In this document: piece after piece, positions 13,951 through 23,120 of the stretch | How positions within the stretch are numbered: the stretch's first letter is position 1 | Layout of the letters: the number at the start of each line of letters is the position of its first letter | NCBI GenBank assembly: GCA_963828495.1 | Contig: CAWHFJ010000011.1 | Span: forward strand, 32,623-96,622 | Reading direction: 5' to 3' | Origin: Candidatus Omnitrophota bacterium | GTDB lineage: Bacteria; Omnitrophota; Gorgyraeia; Zapsychrales; Fredricksoniimonadaceae | DNA length: 64,000 nt | The notes under the pieces: model-generated | What the model was told of the DNA's origin: nothing | Database searches by the model: none | What the model saw: the letters and a program-made list of their open reading frames with translations, nothing else | Program-made: the position numbers and the translations under genes

Positions 13951-14077
13951 TACTTTCTCAAATAATACAAGAGATGTGCCGCTTCCTTAAAAACAATTAA
14001 ACCGGTTTCAGAACGGTGTCGTTTCCTTAAATATTCATATTAGAAAAACGACGGCCCTCAATGTACATATTAGAAAT
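13951..14077 (-). repeat. Conserved intergenic element, copy A (upstream of the M50 protease gene)
   Basis: About 85% identical by eye to 40406..40533. It contains CATATTAGAAA twice, exactly 30 nt apart (14036..14046 and 14066..14076), and a GTCGTTT/AAACGAC inverted repeat. It ends in TACTTTCTCAAA next to the start codon. Confidence 0.8.
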
Positions 14078-14090
14078 TCGGCCTACCATA

Positions 14091-14867
14091 TTAAAGGACC
14101 AATGAAATTTTATTGATATGCAAAAGAGGATACGTCCATTTTTTATGCGGATTTACAATAACAGTCCCCTTGACATCAACAACCGTATGAGAAAAAAAAG
14201 ACATGTGCGGTATGTCCTGCAGATAATACACAGGTTTACCGTCTATGGTTAACTCATAATGCACCCCTGCCTCAGGGGCCTCACTCAAAGGCTCCAGCTC
14301 CCCACGTAGGGCAACCTCCAGGCGCCCTGCACCCAAAAGACTGACAGTCGTCGGAGGTTTGACCTGCCCAATCAACATGGACGCCGGCACATCAGCAGAT
14401 ATAAATTTTAGAAAATCCTGATGGACCCAGGCGATGGTACCTGCCACAGGCATCACACGGCACCACCCATTGGCCTGTTCTAAAATGGTAACCCAAGTCC
14501 CTTTTTTAATCTGCCCCAAAGACGCCGCATCCCAGCTGGAGGACGCGCGCACATTCACCCTATCTCCTAAAACTTCAGCAACAAGACTCCCTTCCTTAAT
14601 CTGCAAATAATCCGATCGGATATACGCTTTGGTCGTCGGCAAAGGCTGAATTTTAACCCATTCATAGTTCCGGCCTAAAACAACGACCTTAGTCCCCCTG
14701 TTTAACTTATCGATCTTTTCAAAATTAGTATTGGAGCCGGCACGGACATTGACGGAATCTTTGGATACAGCGGCCAGAAAAGGAAAATGCTCATCAGCAT
14801 ATCCCTGCACTGTCAGTACAATGGTCAGGAATACCGATGAGCAAATCGTGGGGATGATCTTCAACAT
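14091..14867 (-). CDS. Secreted protein with two bacterial SH3 domains
   Basis: Signal peptide, then SVNVRAGSNTNFEKIDKLNRGTKVVVLGRNYEWVKIQ and RVNVRASSSWDAASLGQIKKGTWVTILEQANGWCRV. Confidence 0.7.
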   Translation of the reverse strand: MLKIIPTICSSVFLTIVLTVQGYADEHFPFLAAVSKDSVNVRAGSNTNFEKIDKLNRGTKVVVLGRNYEWVKIQPLPTTKAYIRSDYLQIKEGSLVAEVLGDRVNVRASSSWDAASLGQIKKGTWVTILEQANGWCRVMPVAGTIAWVHQDFLKFISADVPASMLIGQVKPPTTVSLLGAGRLEVALRGELEPLSEAPEAGVHYELTIDGKPVYYLQDIPHMSFFSHTVVDVKGTVIVNPHKKWTYPLLHINKISLVL

Positions 14868-14921
14868 TTCGTTGGGATCCCTCGCTTGTAGGCTCGGGAT
14901 AATTCCGACATTACGTCGGAA

Positions 14922-15209
14922 TTACTTTTTAGTGGCACCTGCAGCCGGTTTGGCAGCAGCTTTAACACCTTCGGCCGGTTGGGCGGCTGTTGTTCCGGCA
15001 GCTTCGCCTGCAGCCGCATCACCTTCGGCTTTGGCCTTCTTCTTGGCCTTAACGCGTATAACCTTGGTCTTAGGTAACCCGATGACATCCGTCTCTTGTT
15101 TCCAAAGACCTTTTTTCATCAGATCCTTGATACGCTCAATCCGCGTCTGCACGCTTCTTTGCGTGACACTAGCCTTATCAATTTTTAACGAAGAATGTAA
15201 TGACATCAA
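14922..15209 (-). CDS. Small basic protein (TIGR04137-like) with an Ala/Lys-rich tail
   Basis: MMSLHSSLKIDKASVTQRSVQTRIERIKDLMKKGLWKQETDVIGLPKTKV matches my memory of the 'small basic protein' family common in PVC bacteria. The tail reads KAKKKAKAEGDAAAGEAAG...KPAAGATKK. Confidence 0.6.
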   Translation of the reverse strand: MMSLHSSLKIDKASVTQRSVQTRIERIKDLMKKGLWKQETDVIGLPKTKVIRVKAKKKAKAEGDAAAGEAAGTTAAQPAEGVKAAAKPAAGATKK

Positions 15210-15814
15210 AATCTCCTGACTTGACTGCTGCGGTAGGGCTCCGGCAATTTTCTTAAAAAAGCTATCGCCCCTTCTTTACTGGTAAAATTACCGACGCATA
15301 CTAACCAGTATTTGCCGCTTTTGATTAAAAAACTCTGAAATTTTTTCGCCTTAAGAGCCAACGCATCCTGCCGGGCATACTCTTGACTGCCATAGGTGGC
15401 CAACTGAAGCGTAAAATGACCCCCCACACCCGACGGAGTATTGACATGCGCAGGTGCTATTCTCCGGCTGCCGGTGGATGATAACAGTAGCCCCATGTTC
15501 CCCAATGGCCTTGCTGCCACAGGGGCTCGCAGTACCGGGGCTGGCGCCACGCTCGGCGCCACAGTCCGCGCACCCACATTCCATGCCTCAGCAACCTTCT
15601 CATCCATGGTTTGGGCCGCCACATGCTTGCCACGCTCAACACCCAAAGAAAATGAAAAAAGTGCCACCATTATACCCAAAATCGAAAAAATGACAAGACT
15701 TTCCACCGATAGGGTCAAATTCGCCAAAAGAAATTTCGGCTTATCGATGTCCTCCAAGGTAGCGGAATTAGCGGGAAAAAGCTCAAACTGAGGCTGCTTA
15801 TAATTAATATTCAT
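15206..15814 (-). CDS. SPOR domain-containing membrane protein
   Basis: TM helix (LVIFSILGIMVALFSF). C-terminal SPOR pattern: FTLQLATYGSQEYARQDALALKAKKFQSFLIKSGKYWLVCVGNFTSKEGA. Confidence 0.75.
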   Translation of the reverse strand: MNINYKQPQFELFPANSATLEDIDKPKFLLANLTLSVESLVIFSILGIMVALFSFSLGVERGKHVAAQTMDEKVAEAWNVGARTVAPSVAPAPVLRAPVAARPLGNMGLLLSSTGSRRIAPAHVNTPSGVGGHFTLQLATYGSQEYARQDALALKAKKFQSFLIKSGKYWLVCVGNFTSKEGAIAFLRKLPEPYRSSQVRRF

Positions 15815-15915
15815 AAGAATAAATCCAATAAATTTAATAAAGGGTTAATGGGGAGAAACATCCTATTTTTTTAGGCCCCTGATATTTTCGCTAAACTATT
15901 TTATTGATTATAGTT

Positions 15916-16983
15916 CTATCTCTTAAGCGAAGACAAGAGTTTTCTGAATTTTTTTTGAGAAGCTAGGCTCACAAAAGCGTCGACAACTTTAGGGTCAAAC
16001 TGGGAGGCGCTATGTTTGACCAATTCACCCAGCGCGCCGTCCACCGACAGCGACGGACGATAGGGCCTTCCTTGCACCATGGATTCAAAGGCATCGACGC
16101 AAGCAATGATACGGGCCCCCAAAGGAATCTGCTCCTTTTTAAGCCCCGAGGGGTAACCGCTCCCATCGTATCTCTCATGGTGATAAAAAATAATGGGCAG
16201 CACGGGTTTAAGAAATCCGACAGGCTTGATCATATCCACACTATGTGCGGTATGCCGACGGATAACTTTCAATTCGGCCGGTGTTAATTGTCGACGTTTG
16301 GATAAAATGTCATACGACACGTCGATAACACCGATGTCATGCAACAGGCTGGCATATTCCAGTTGTTTTAACCCCTCGCTGTTGACTTTTAAAAAGACGG
16401 CAATCATTTTAACTATTTCCATATAGACGGGCGCGTGAGTCAACCCCGAATGAGATTGTTTCCTAAGCAAATTCCCCATGGAGGCGATTGAGCCCAACAT
16501 GACTTGTTCCTGCTCCTGGCGCAGCTGCAGATTTTTAAGAGCGGTCACCACCTGCTCGGCAAAAACGGAAAGCATCTCGCGGTCAAAATCACTGAAAGGC
16601 CTCTCACCCTTCTGGCGATGCACAAAAATGGCCCCCAGATAATCGTCAGCCACCAGAGGCAGCCCTAAACAATCGCCCCTCACAACCGAAGCCCCCCGGG
16701 TCACACTCGTCACGTCTTTCTCCACATCCCTCAAGTCTTTGGGTCTGTCCCGCCAAATGTTAATTTGATTGTCAAAACTGGCACAGACGATCACATTCTT
16801 TTTGACCGGATGCGTGAGATAGACACTCGCCGAAGAGGCCCGGATAAACTGGCATAATAAACGGGTCAGCCGCAGCGTCAATTCCTTCACTGTATACGTG
16901 GAATTGACCAAACGGTAAACCATGTGCACCGCCGAGAGGATCAAATGATAACGTTTGGATGCAGGCATAAAATTCAAAGCCAT
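15916..16983 (-). CDS. GAF domain + HD-GYP domain protein (putative c-di-GMP phosphodiesterase)
   Basis: HDIGV...HHERYDGSGYPSGL is the HD-GYP signature. The N-terminal ~150 aa are GAF-like. Confidence 0.85.
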   Translation of the reverse strand: MALNFMPASKRYHLILSAVHMVYRLVNSTYTVKELTLRLTRLLCQFIRASSASVYLTHPVKKNVIVCASFDNQINIWRDRPKDLRDVEKDVTSVTRGASVVRGDCLGLPLVADDYLGAIFVHRQKGERPFSDFDREMLSVFAEQVVTALKNLQLRQEQEQVMLGSIASMGNLLRKQSHSGLTHAPVYMEIVKMIAVFLKVNSEGLKQLEYASLLHDIGVIDVSYDILSKRRQLTPAELKVIRRHTAHSVDMIKPVGFLKPVLPIIFYHHERYDGSGYPSGLKKEQIPLGARIIACVDAFESMVQGRPYRPSLSVDGALGELVKHSASQFDPKVVDAFVSLASQKKFRKLLSSLKR

Positions 16984-16988
16984 AGGTA

Positions 16989-18173
16989 TCAGACTTTCTG
17001 ATAAGGGTCAAAAAGCCGTTTGTGTTCGTCCAGCGCAAAACGGTCCGTCATAGAAGCAATGTAATTACAAATAATCGCATATTGGGCCGGCTTGGAAAAT
17101 TCCTGATCACGCGGGTAAACCGCATACGGCAATTGTTTAGGATTGCGTAAATAGACATCAAACAAATCACGGATGATACGGCGAGCTTTGGCGGTCATGC
17201 GCTCCACCCGCCAGTGATGGTAAAGTTTATCGTTTAATAGCTTTTGTAAATATTCGCGCTCTTGATGCATCACGGGGCTAAAACTCGCCACATAACCACG
17301 ATGGTTTTTTACATCCTGCGCGGATTTGAATTGGAGAGGCACCAGGCGCTCATAGGTCGCCTCCAGGAGATCTTTGACTTGCATATTAATGAGCTGGTTG
17401 ACCACCTGATACCTAAACATGTCCCTGTTAGGCAGAGGTTGTGTCACATCAATTTTCCCCACAGCCTTTTGCCAAAGAAGGCTATCCATCAAATCTTCCT
17501 CGACGATACACCCGGACGTCAAGCCGTCGTCCACATCATGATTGAGATACGCCAGAGAATCCGCCATGTCTACAATTTGAGCTTCCAGTGTCGGCCCTTC
17601 ATCACGATATTCTTTAGGGATGTCTACCCCCGGCATATCATAGACTGTCTGGTGTTTAAGAATACCCACCAGCACTTCCCGGGTCAAATTGAGACCTTCA
17701 AAATGAGGATACCTTTTCTCGAATTTGGTGACAATTTCATAGCTGCGGAAATTATGGTTAAACTGGATTTTGGCCTCACGGACAATGCTATTGAGCGCTT
17801 CTTCACCGGCGTGACCGAAAGGCGGATGTCCCAAATCATGCGCCAGCGCGATCGCCTCAATTAAATCCTCATTCAGCCGCAAATTGCGCCCCAGCGTGCG
17901 GGCCAATTGGGCGACCTCAATGGTATGGGTCAGACGCGTACGATAATAATCTCCCTCGAAAATGACGAAAACCTGAGTTTTATATTCCAGCTTGCGAAAG
18001 GCTTCCGAATGCACGATGCGGTCGCGGTCGCGCTGGTAGCACGTGCGGGCTTCATGCTGGGGCTCATCATACTGACGGACCCCGGCATCCCTGGACTTCA
18101 TGGCATACGGCGCCAGGATTTGACTTTCGAGTTCTTCAATGTCTTGTCTTGTCCGCATGGATAAGTTTCTCAT
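16989..18173 (-). CDS. dGTP triphosphohydrolase-like HD protein (Dgt family)
   Basis: RDRDRIVHSEAFRKLEYKTQVF, RTRLTHTIEVAQLARTLG, and HDLGHPPFGHAGE. The start may be the internal ATG at 18158. Confidence 0.85.
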   Translation of the reverse strand: MRNLSMRTRQDIEELESQILAPYAMKSRDAGVRQYDEPQHEARTCYQRDRDRIVHSEAFRKLEYKTQVFVIFEGDYYRTRLTHTIEVAQLARTLGRNLRLNEDLIEAIALAHDLGHPPFGHAGEEALNSIVREAKIQFNHNFRSYEIVTKFEKRYPHFEGLNLTREVLVGILKHQTVYDMPGVDIPKEYRDEGPTLEAQIVDMADSLAYLNHDVDDGLTSGCIVEEDLMDSLLWQKAVGKIDVTQPLPNRDMFRYQVVNQLINMQVKDLLEATYERLVPLQFKSAQDVKNHRGYVASFSPVMHQEREYLQKLLNDKLYHHWRVERMTAKARRIIRDLFDVYLRNPKQLPYAVYPRDQEFSKPAQYAIICNYIASMTDRFALDEHKRLFDPYQKV

Positions 18174-18627
18174 ACATAGCTAATAAAGATTGAGAGATCA
18201 CCCGGCTATCGGCGACGACCGACATAAAATTATGGTCCCCCCTCCAACGAGGCACAAGATGAACATGCACATGCCCCGGGATTCCTGCCCCGGCTATATG
18301 CCCTAAATTTATGCCTATATTGAACCCCTGGGGTCTAAATGTTTTTTGTAAAAGTTTCTTGGTTTTGAGCAATAAATCCATAAGCGCAACATATTCGGTC
18401 TGGGACAGTTTGCTGATATCCCCAACGTGACGGTTAGGCACAATTAAACAATGGCCGTTACTGTAAGGGTAAAGATTTAAAACTGAATACGCGTGAGATT
18501 CACGGATAAAAATCAAATGTTTTTTGTCTCGATTGTCCGCCAAAATACGGCAAAAAATACAAGACTTTTGCTTAGTCGCGATTTTGGTAATATAGCTCGC
18601 CCGCCACGGGGCCCAAAGTCTCTTCAT
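18136..18627 (-). CDS. HIT family hydrolase
   Basis: Histidine triad GHVHVHLVPR and the upstream CIFC motif. Confidence 0.85.
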   Translation of the reverse strand: MKRLWAPWRASYITKIATKQKSCIFCRILADNRDKKHLIFIRESHAYSVLNLYPYSNGHCLIVPNRHVGDISKLSQTEYVALMDLLLKTKKLLQKTFRPQGFNIGINLGHIAGAGIPGHVHVHLVPRWRGDHNFMSVVADSRVISQSLLAMYEKLIHADKTRH

Positions 18628-18650
18628 TAAAATTGCTTTCTCAAAAAATA

Positions 18651-19136
18651 TTACTTTCCAATCCTAACAATCTCCGCTTTGATTTGCCCCGCTTCAATAC
18701 GGATAAGGCCATAAGAGAAAAATTGGGCGCGATTCAGATCATTAGGACTGCCCGGATTAAAGTACAACACACAACCGATTTGTTCCTTAAACGCTCGATG
18801 CGAATGACCGAAAATGACCACATCTATCTTATCATTTTTAAAAGAAGCCATGGCATTTTTTAACGCTTCCAGGCTTCTGCCTATATGGCCGTGGGTCACC
18901 CCAATTTTAAAATTATCGCAGACAATGATATCTTTTAAAGGTAATTCTTTTTTTAATTCCTCTGTGTCCTGGTTGCCCTGCACGGCCCTAAGGGGCGCTA
19001 AGGCTTTAAGCTGTTTGAATGCCGGCATGTCAGAAATATCGCCCGCGTGAATAATGAGATCCACTGTTTTAAAGCGTTCAATCACCTGAGGAGGGATGTT
19101 TAAGGAATGCGTATCTGCAAGTATACCGAGGATCAT
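18651..19136 (-). CDS. YfcE/MJ0936-family metallophosphoesterase
   Basis: MILGILADTHS, HAGDI, GNQD, and VIFGHSH. The start at 19136 overlaps the upstream stop by 4 nt. Confidence 0.85.
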   Translation of the reverse strand: MILGILADTHSLNIPPQVIERFKTVDLIIHAGDISDMPAFKQLKALAPLRAVQGNQDTEELKKELPLKDIIVCDNFKIGVTHGHIGRSLEALKNAMASFKNDKIDVVIFGHSHRAFKEQIGCVLYFNPGSPNDLNRAQFFSYGLIRIEAGQIKAEIVRIGK

Positions 19137-20772
19137 CTGACAATTATAGGTTCGTCGAATAAATGCATCAAGCAATTAAGTTGGTCTTCATCCCAAACCC
19201 ACAATTTCTCTTGCAAGGCCCGTACTCTGGCATTCTCATCCAAGCCGCTTAAAGAGACAATGACGCTGCGCGCCGGTCTGGGGTCTAATTTTTTAATTTC
19301 TTCAAGAATGCCGTTAAGGTCATTTTCCTGCACCGGGTCTTTCTTGAGGACCACCAGCCACAGTCCGTCCTGACCTTGAGCGGACACCGCATCAAAATAA
19401 TTGCCGGCACCCGTACGCAATTTTAAGACCGCAATGTCCTTGAAAGCCGACAATTTATACCGGCGGCCGGAGAGCACAAAAGACTCATTATCAAATTTAT
19501 GCATCAAATCCGCCATGCGTACGGACAAGTCCTTGCGGGCGACCATACCAAAATCATTGAACGCTTTATTGATTTCTTCCTTAAACAGCTTGCGCGAGCG
19601 TCCTGCCTCAAGATCAATGACTCTAAGACGCCGATGATAAACATATTTGATCCAATAACTGAATAATTTATCCTTAATATGATAATAATTGCCGTTACGC
19701 TCGACAATATTGGCTTCCAACAAAGCATTGATGCGCCCCAGGGCCACTGCCGGCTTTAATTGCAGGCCTTCACATAAATCACTGCTTTTATGTTTTCCCC
19801 CCGCCATGGCGCACAGCAAAGCTACGACAACACCCGCGGATTTTCCCACGGTCAATGTGTTCATCTGCAATTCAAAATGACGGCTGATAACTCCCCATGG
19901 ATTAAAAATGACATTTTCAATCGCCTGAGTGACAATCGGCGCGTAGATTTCCGGTTGGGTATAAACACCGCTTAAACAAATTAACTCCTGACACAATAAA
20001 TTAATATACAAAGGGTGTCCGCCGGTAAAATCCGCTATAAAATTCTTTAAATGCCGACCGATTTTAACAGATTTAAGATTATGGTCCATTAAACCCTGCG
20101 CCTCGCTGAAATTAAAAGGCTCGACACCAATGACCTCAAAGTTGCCGAATAACAAAGATAATTTTTCGGACAGAATAGCTTGGGTCTGCTGAGGGAAGGA
20201 ACTGGCCACAATATACAGGCAATTTTTCTGGGTCATGATACGATGCCCCAGGTGGGCAAACACTTCAGGAATATTAAAATTCTCCAAACATCCAAATTCA
20301 TCAAGAATTAAAACCACGAATTTGCCGGTTTCCTGACTAAAGACCTCGGGCAATGATAAAAGAAGGTGATAGGCTTCCAAAATTTTACCCTGGGCCACCA
20401 GTGTCTCTGTCTCTTGCACCAAAGACACCGTACGGGGAATGACGGTTATGGGCCTGCGACACATAAACATTTCAAATCTTCCTGCAGGGGCAAATTTTCT
20501 TTTTTGAGGAAATTATAAAGCAAACTTTTGGTGAATTGGCCGGCAAAATAATTAAAATCGCGGTTCTCTAAATCCAAATAAATAAAAAAAACATCCGGCT
20601 CCTCCAAGTCCATCATCATTCTTTGCAGGAGAGATGTTTTACCGATATGCCGCACCCCCAAAAGGGCTACGTTTTGACGGTAACCTTCCTTGAGTCCCAA
20701 CACGCGTTTTTTTAAAATTTCCAAAACGCTTCTACGGCCGTAAAAATTATGGTCGAAATCAATTAAATTCAT
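19133..20772 (-). CDS. ATPase of the Arch_ATPase/DUF234 type (apparent frameshift near 20460)
   Basis: ORF 20446..20772 carries FYGRRSVLEIL and the P-loop LGVRHIGKTSLL. ORF 19133..20470 continues with VLILDEFGCLENF (Walker B), a wHTH-like segment and FSYWIKYVY (DUF234-like). Confidence 0.65.
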
Positions 20773-21470
20773 GGCAAATAATACAAAGGATTGGTCGCTT
20801 GACCGCCTCGACGAATTTCAAAATGTTCAAACACCCCTGTCCCTATAGGCCCCACCAGGGCAACAGGGTCCCCTTTATACACATGGTCCCCCAGTTTAAC
20901 CAAGAGCCTGGCATTATGCGCATATACTGAAACAAATCCGTCCTTATGGTCTATCATCACCGTCTGGCCATAACCGCTCATATAATCTGCCAAAATCACC
21001 TCGCCCTCCCTAACGGCTTTGACAGACTCGCCGGCTTGGGTCTGGATATCAATACCGCGGCTAAACGCATTGCCCCCTAAAGAATCATTAAAATAAACCA
21101 CCACCTTCCCCTTAACAGGCCAGGTGAATTCATTTTTATTATTATCCACGGCGTGAAGGGAAATATCTTTCACTTCTTTGACACCCGGAATAAAAAGCAA
21201 TTGATCGACTTCAATGGCTCCGGCATTAGGGATATTATTGCTGTCAATAATATCCTTAAGGCTTACTCCATAGGATTCGGCGATGTACCAAAGCGTCTGG
21301 CCACGGGCAACCTTGTGATACACCCCTTGTTTTTTAACAACGGGTGCCACTCCCGGAGGCGGTAAAGGCAAGGGCCTATATTCGGTGGTTGCGCAACCGG
21401 TGACAAAACCTAAAAACGAGACAAAGAACAAAATTTTCAAATTTTTACGTCTTAGCACTATCTTCCCCAA
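20769..21470 (-). CDS. LysM + M23 peptidase lipoprotein (NlpD-like)
   Basis: Lipobox FVTGC, LysM YHKVARGQTLWYIAESYGVSLKDIIDSNNI, and M23 core GIDIQ...GYGQTVMIDHKDGFVSVYAHN. Confidence 0.85.
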   Translation of the reverse strand: MGKIVLRRKNLKILFFVSFLGFVTGCATTEYRPLPLPPPGVAPVVKKQGVYHKVARGQTLWYIAESYGVSLKDIIDSNNIPNAGAIEVDQLLFIPGVKEVKDISLHAVDNNKNEFTWPVKGKVVVYFNDSLGGNAFSRGIDIQTQAGESVKAVREGEVILADYMSGYGQTVMIDHKDGFVSVYAHNARLLVKLGDHVYKGDPVALVGPIGTGVFEHFEIRRGGQATNPLYYLP

Positions 21471-21508
21471 TAATACAGGCGGGCATTAAACCCGCCCCTA
21501 CCTATATA

Positions 21509-21582
21509 TGGAGCGGGGGACGGGAATCGAACCCGCGTAGTCAGCTTGGGAAGCTGAAATTCTACCACTGAATTACCCCCGC
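21509..21582 (-). tRNA. tRNA-Gly (anticodon CCC), CCA encoded
   Basis: The reverse complement is GCGGGGGTAATTCAGTGGTAGAATTTCAGCTTCCCAAGCTGACTACGCGGGTTCGATTCCCGTCCCCCGCTCCA. It folds by hand into a cloverleaf with anticodon loop TTCCCAA. Confidence 0.9.
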
Positions 21583-22590
21583 AACACTTGCTTAAACTCA
21601 CTGACCACCCCGCCCACATTATCCGCCAACAAAATATCTCTACAAACGGCCGCCCTGGTCACTCCCAAGAGCATTAATTTTCCTATATTCCCCCGGCTAA
21701 TCCCACCGATAGGAAACAAAGGAATTTTGACCTGCTTGACAACCTTATGCAAAAGAGCTAAATCCATGACCTTACAATCAGGCTTGGTTTTGGTCTTAAA
21801 CATCGCCCCAAAACCGATATAATCAGCTCCCTGCCTTTGAGCGTCAAGCGCCGAAGCAAGGCTCTGACAAGAGACCCCGATGATTTTACGAGGCCCCATC
21901 AGATGTCTGGCTTGCAGATAACTGATATCTTCCTGACCTACATGGACCCCGTCCGCTCCGGACAATAAAGCCAGATCCACACGGTCATTAACAATGAACG
22001 GTATTTGATGCCGAGTAACTTTTAAAATCTTTCCACAAAAATCTAAAATCTCTTTGGCGCTGCCTTTTTTATCCCGCAATTGTACTATATCCGCGCCGTA
22101 TCGTACAGAATCTTTTAAAACTCTAAGAAGTTTCCCATAATCCAGCACCTGGGCGTCCAAAATTAAATACAATTTAGCCGCGGCCAATAACTTTTTGCTC
22201 GAGCGCATACACCTTATACCGCAACATTTTAAGCTTAGTTGATATGCGGGGATCCATCAATTTAACTACTTCTTCCAACACCCTGAGGGACTCTTTGACC
22301 CGTTGGCTATTGGCCCAAAATACCGCGCTTATATCCTCTCTTTGAGATTCAGTGACAGAGGTCGCGCGCCCTACATCGCCTTGAATATGCCTGGCTTCAA
22401 GAGCCTTTTGAATATCTAATCCCGCCACGATACCTGTTAATTCATGACGGACATCTTTGAAAGCACGGGTCAAAGTCCTTTGGTCCCAGATATATCGGCA
22501 TAAATCTTCACAAACTCTTAATCCTTCTTTGGCACGATTAAAATTAGCATCCAAAATCCGGTAAAGGGTTTTGTCAGGACTTTTTTTCAC
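21573..22590 (-). CDS. thiE: Thiamine-phosphate synthase, long form with N-terminal domain (apparent 1-nt frameshift in the T/A run at ~22194)
   Basis: ORF 21573..22208 carries the ThiE core (LYLILD, VQLRDK, HVGQED, GVSC, YIGFG). ORF 22174..22590 is the YRILDANFNRAKEGLRV N-domain seen fused to ThiE in other bacteria. The two frames join at ...YALEQK|(K)LLAAAKLYLILD. Confidence 0.75.
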
Positions 22591-23053
22591 TTTTAATAAT
22601 TTTCTTTATTATATTGGTCGTTGAAAACCCTTGCACAAACTTGACAAACTCCACTTTCTTAACCAAATCTTCACCCACAACAGATTTTCCCTTCCAATCA
22701 GCGCCCTTGATTAAAACATCCGGCTTGATGGCGGCGATGGTTCTATAAGGAGTATCTTCATTAAAAATAATAACAAAATCGACACTTTCTAAAGCGGCCA
22801 GTACTGCGGCACGGGATTTTTGCACAAGAATGGGACGACCGGGGCCTTTGATACGGCGAATGGAGCGATCAGAATTAAGGCCAACGATCAAAACACGCCT
22901 GCCACGACTTGCCTCTTCTAAATACTTCACATGACCGATGTGCATCAGGTCAAAACAGCCATTGGTAAAAGCAATGGTCTTGGAGCTCCGGCGCAAAGCC
23001 GGCAGCTTTCTTAATAAGGCAGGTAAACTAAGAATTTTATTTTCAATAGGCAT
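22574..23053 (-). CDS. D-glycero-beta-D-manno-heptose 1-phosphate adenylyltransferase (RfaE domain II type)
   Basis: TNGCFDLMHIGHVKYLEEA is the cytidylyltransferase HxGH motif. The protein is 159 aa. Confidence 0.85.
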   Translation of the reverse strand: MPIENKILSLPALLRKLPALRRSSKTIAFTNGCFDLMHIGHVKYLEEASRGRRVLIVGLNSDRSIRRIKGPGRPILVQKSRAAVLAALESVDFVIIFNEDTPYRTIAAIKPDVLIKGADWKGKSVVGEDLVKKVEFVKFVQGFSTTNIIKKIIKSEKKS

Positions 23054-23120
23054 AATGAAGCATAAATTTTAACACAGGATCCACAGAAATGGAAGGACTA
23101 TGAACCCCGAGCTACTTGAC

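Noticed and set aside
13975-14000. Sigma54-like GGCAC-N5-TTGT within copy A of the conserved element (minus strand: CGGCACATCTCTTGTA).
   Set aside because: The -12 element is not conserved in copy B (CGGCACTATTCTAGGA) and deviates from TTGC. It is probably coincidental.
17262-17864. Long antisense ORFs, for example 17262..17864 (200 aa), 26600..27220 (206 aa), 53458..54225 (255 aa), 49243..49836 (197 aa), 40710..41132 and 37597..38019.
   Set aside because: All lie opposite strongly supported conserved genes (dgt, accC, hisG, prs, lpxD, lpxI). They have low-complexity or biased composition and no recognisable motifs, so they are shadow ORFs.
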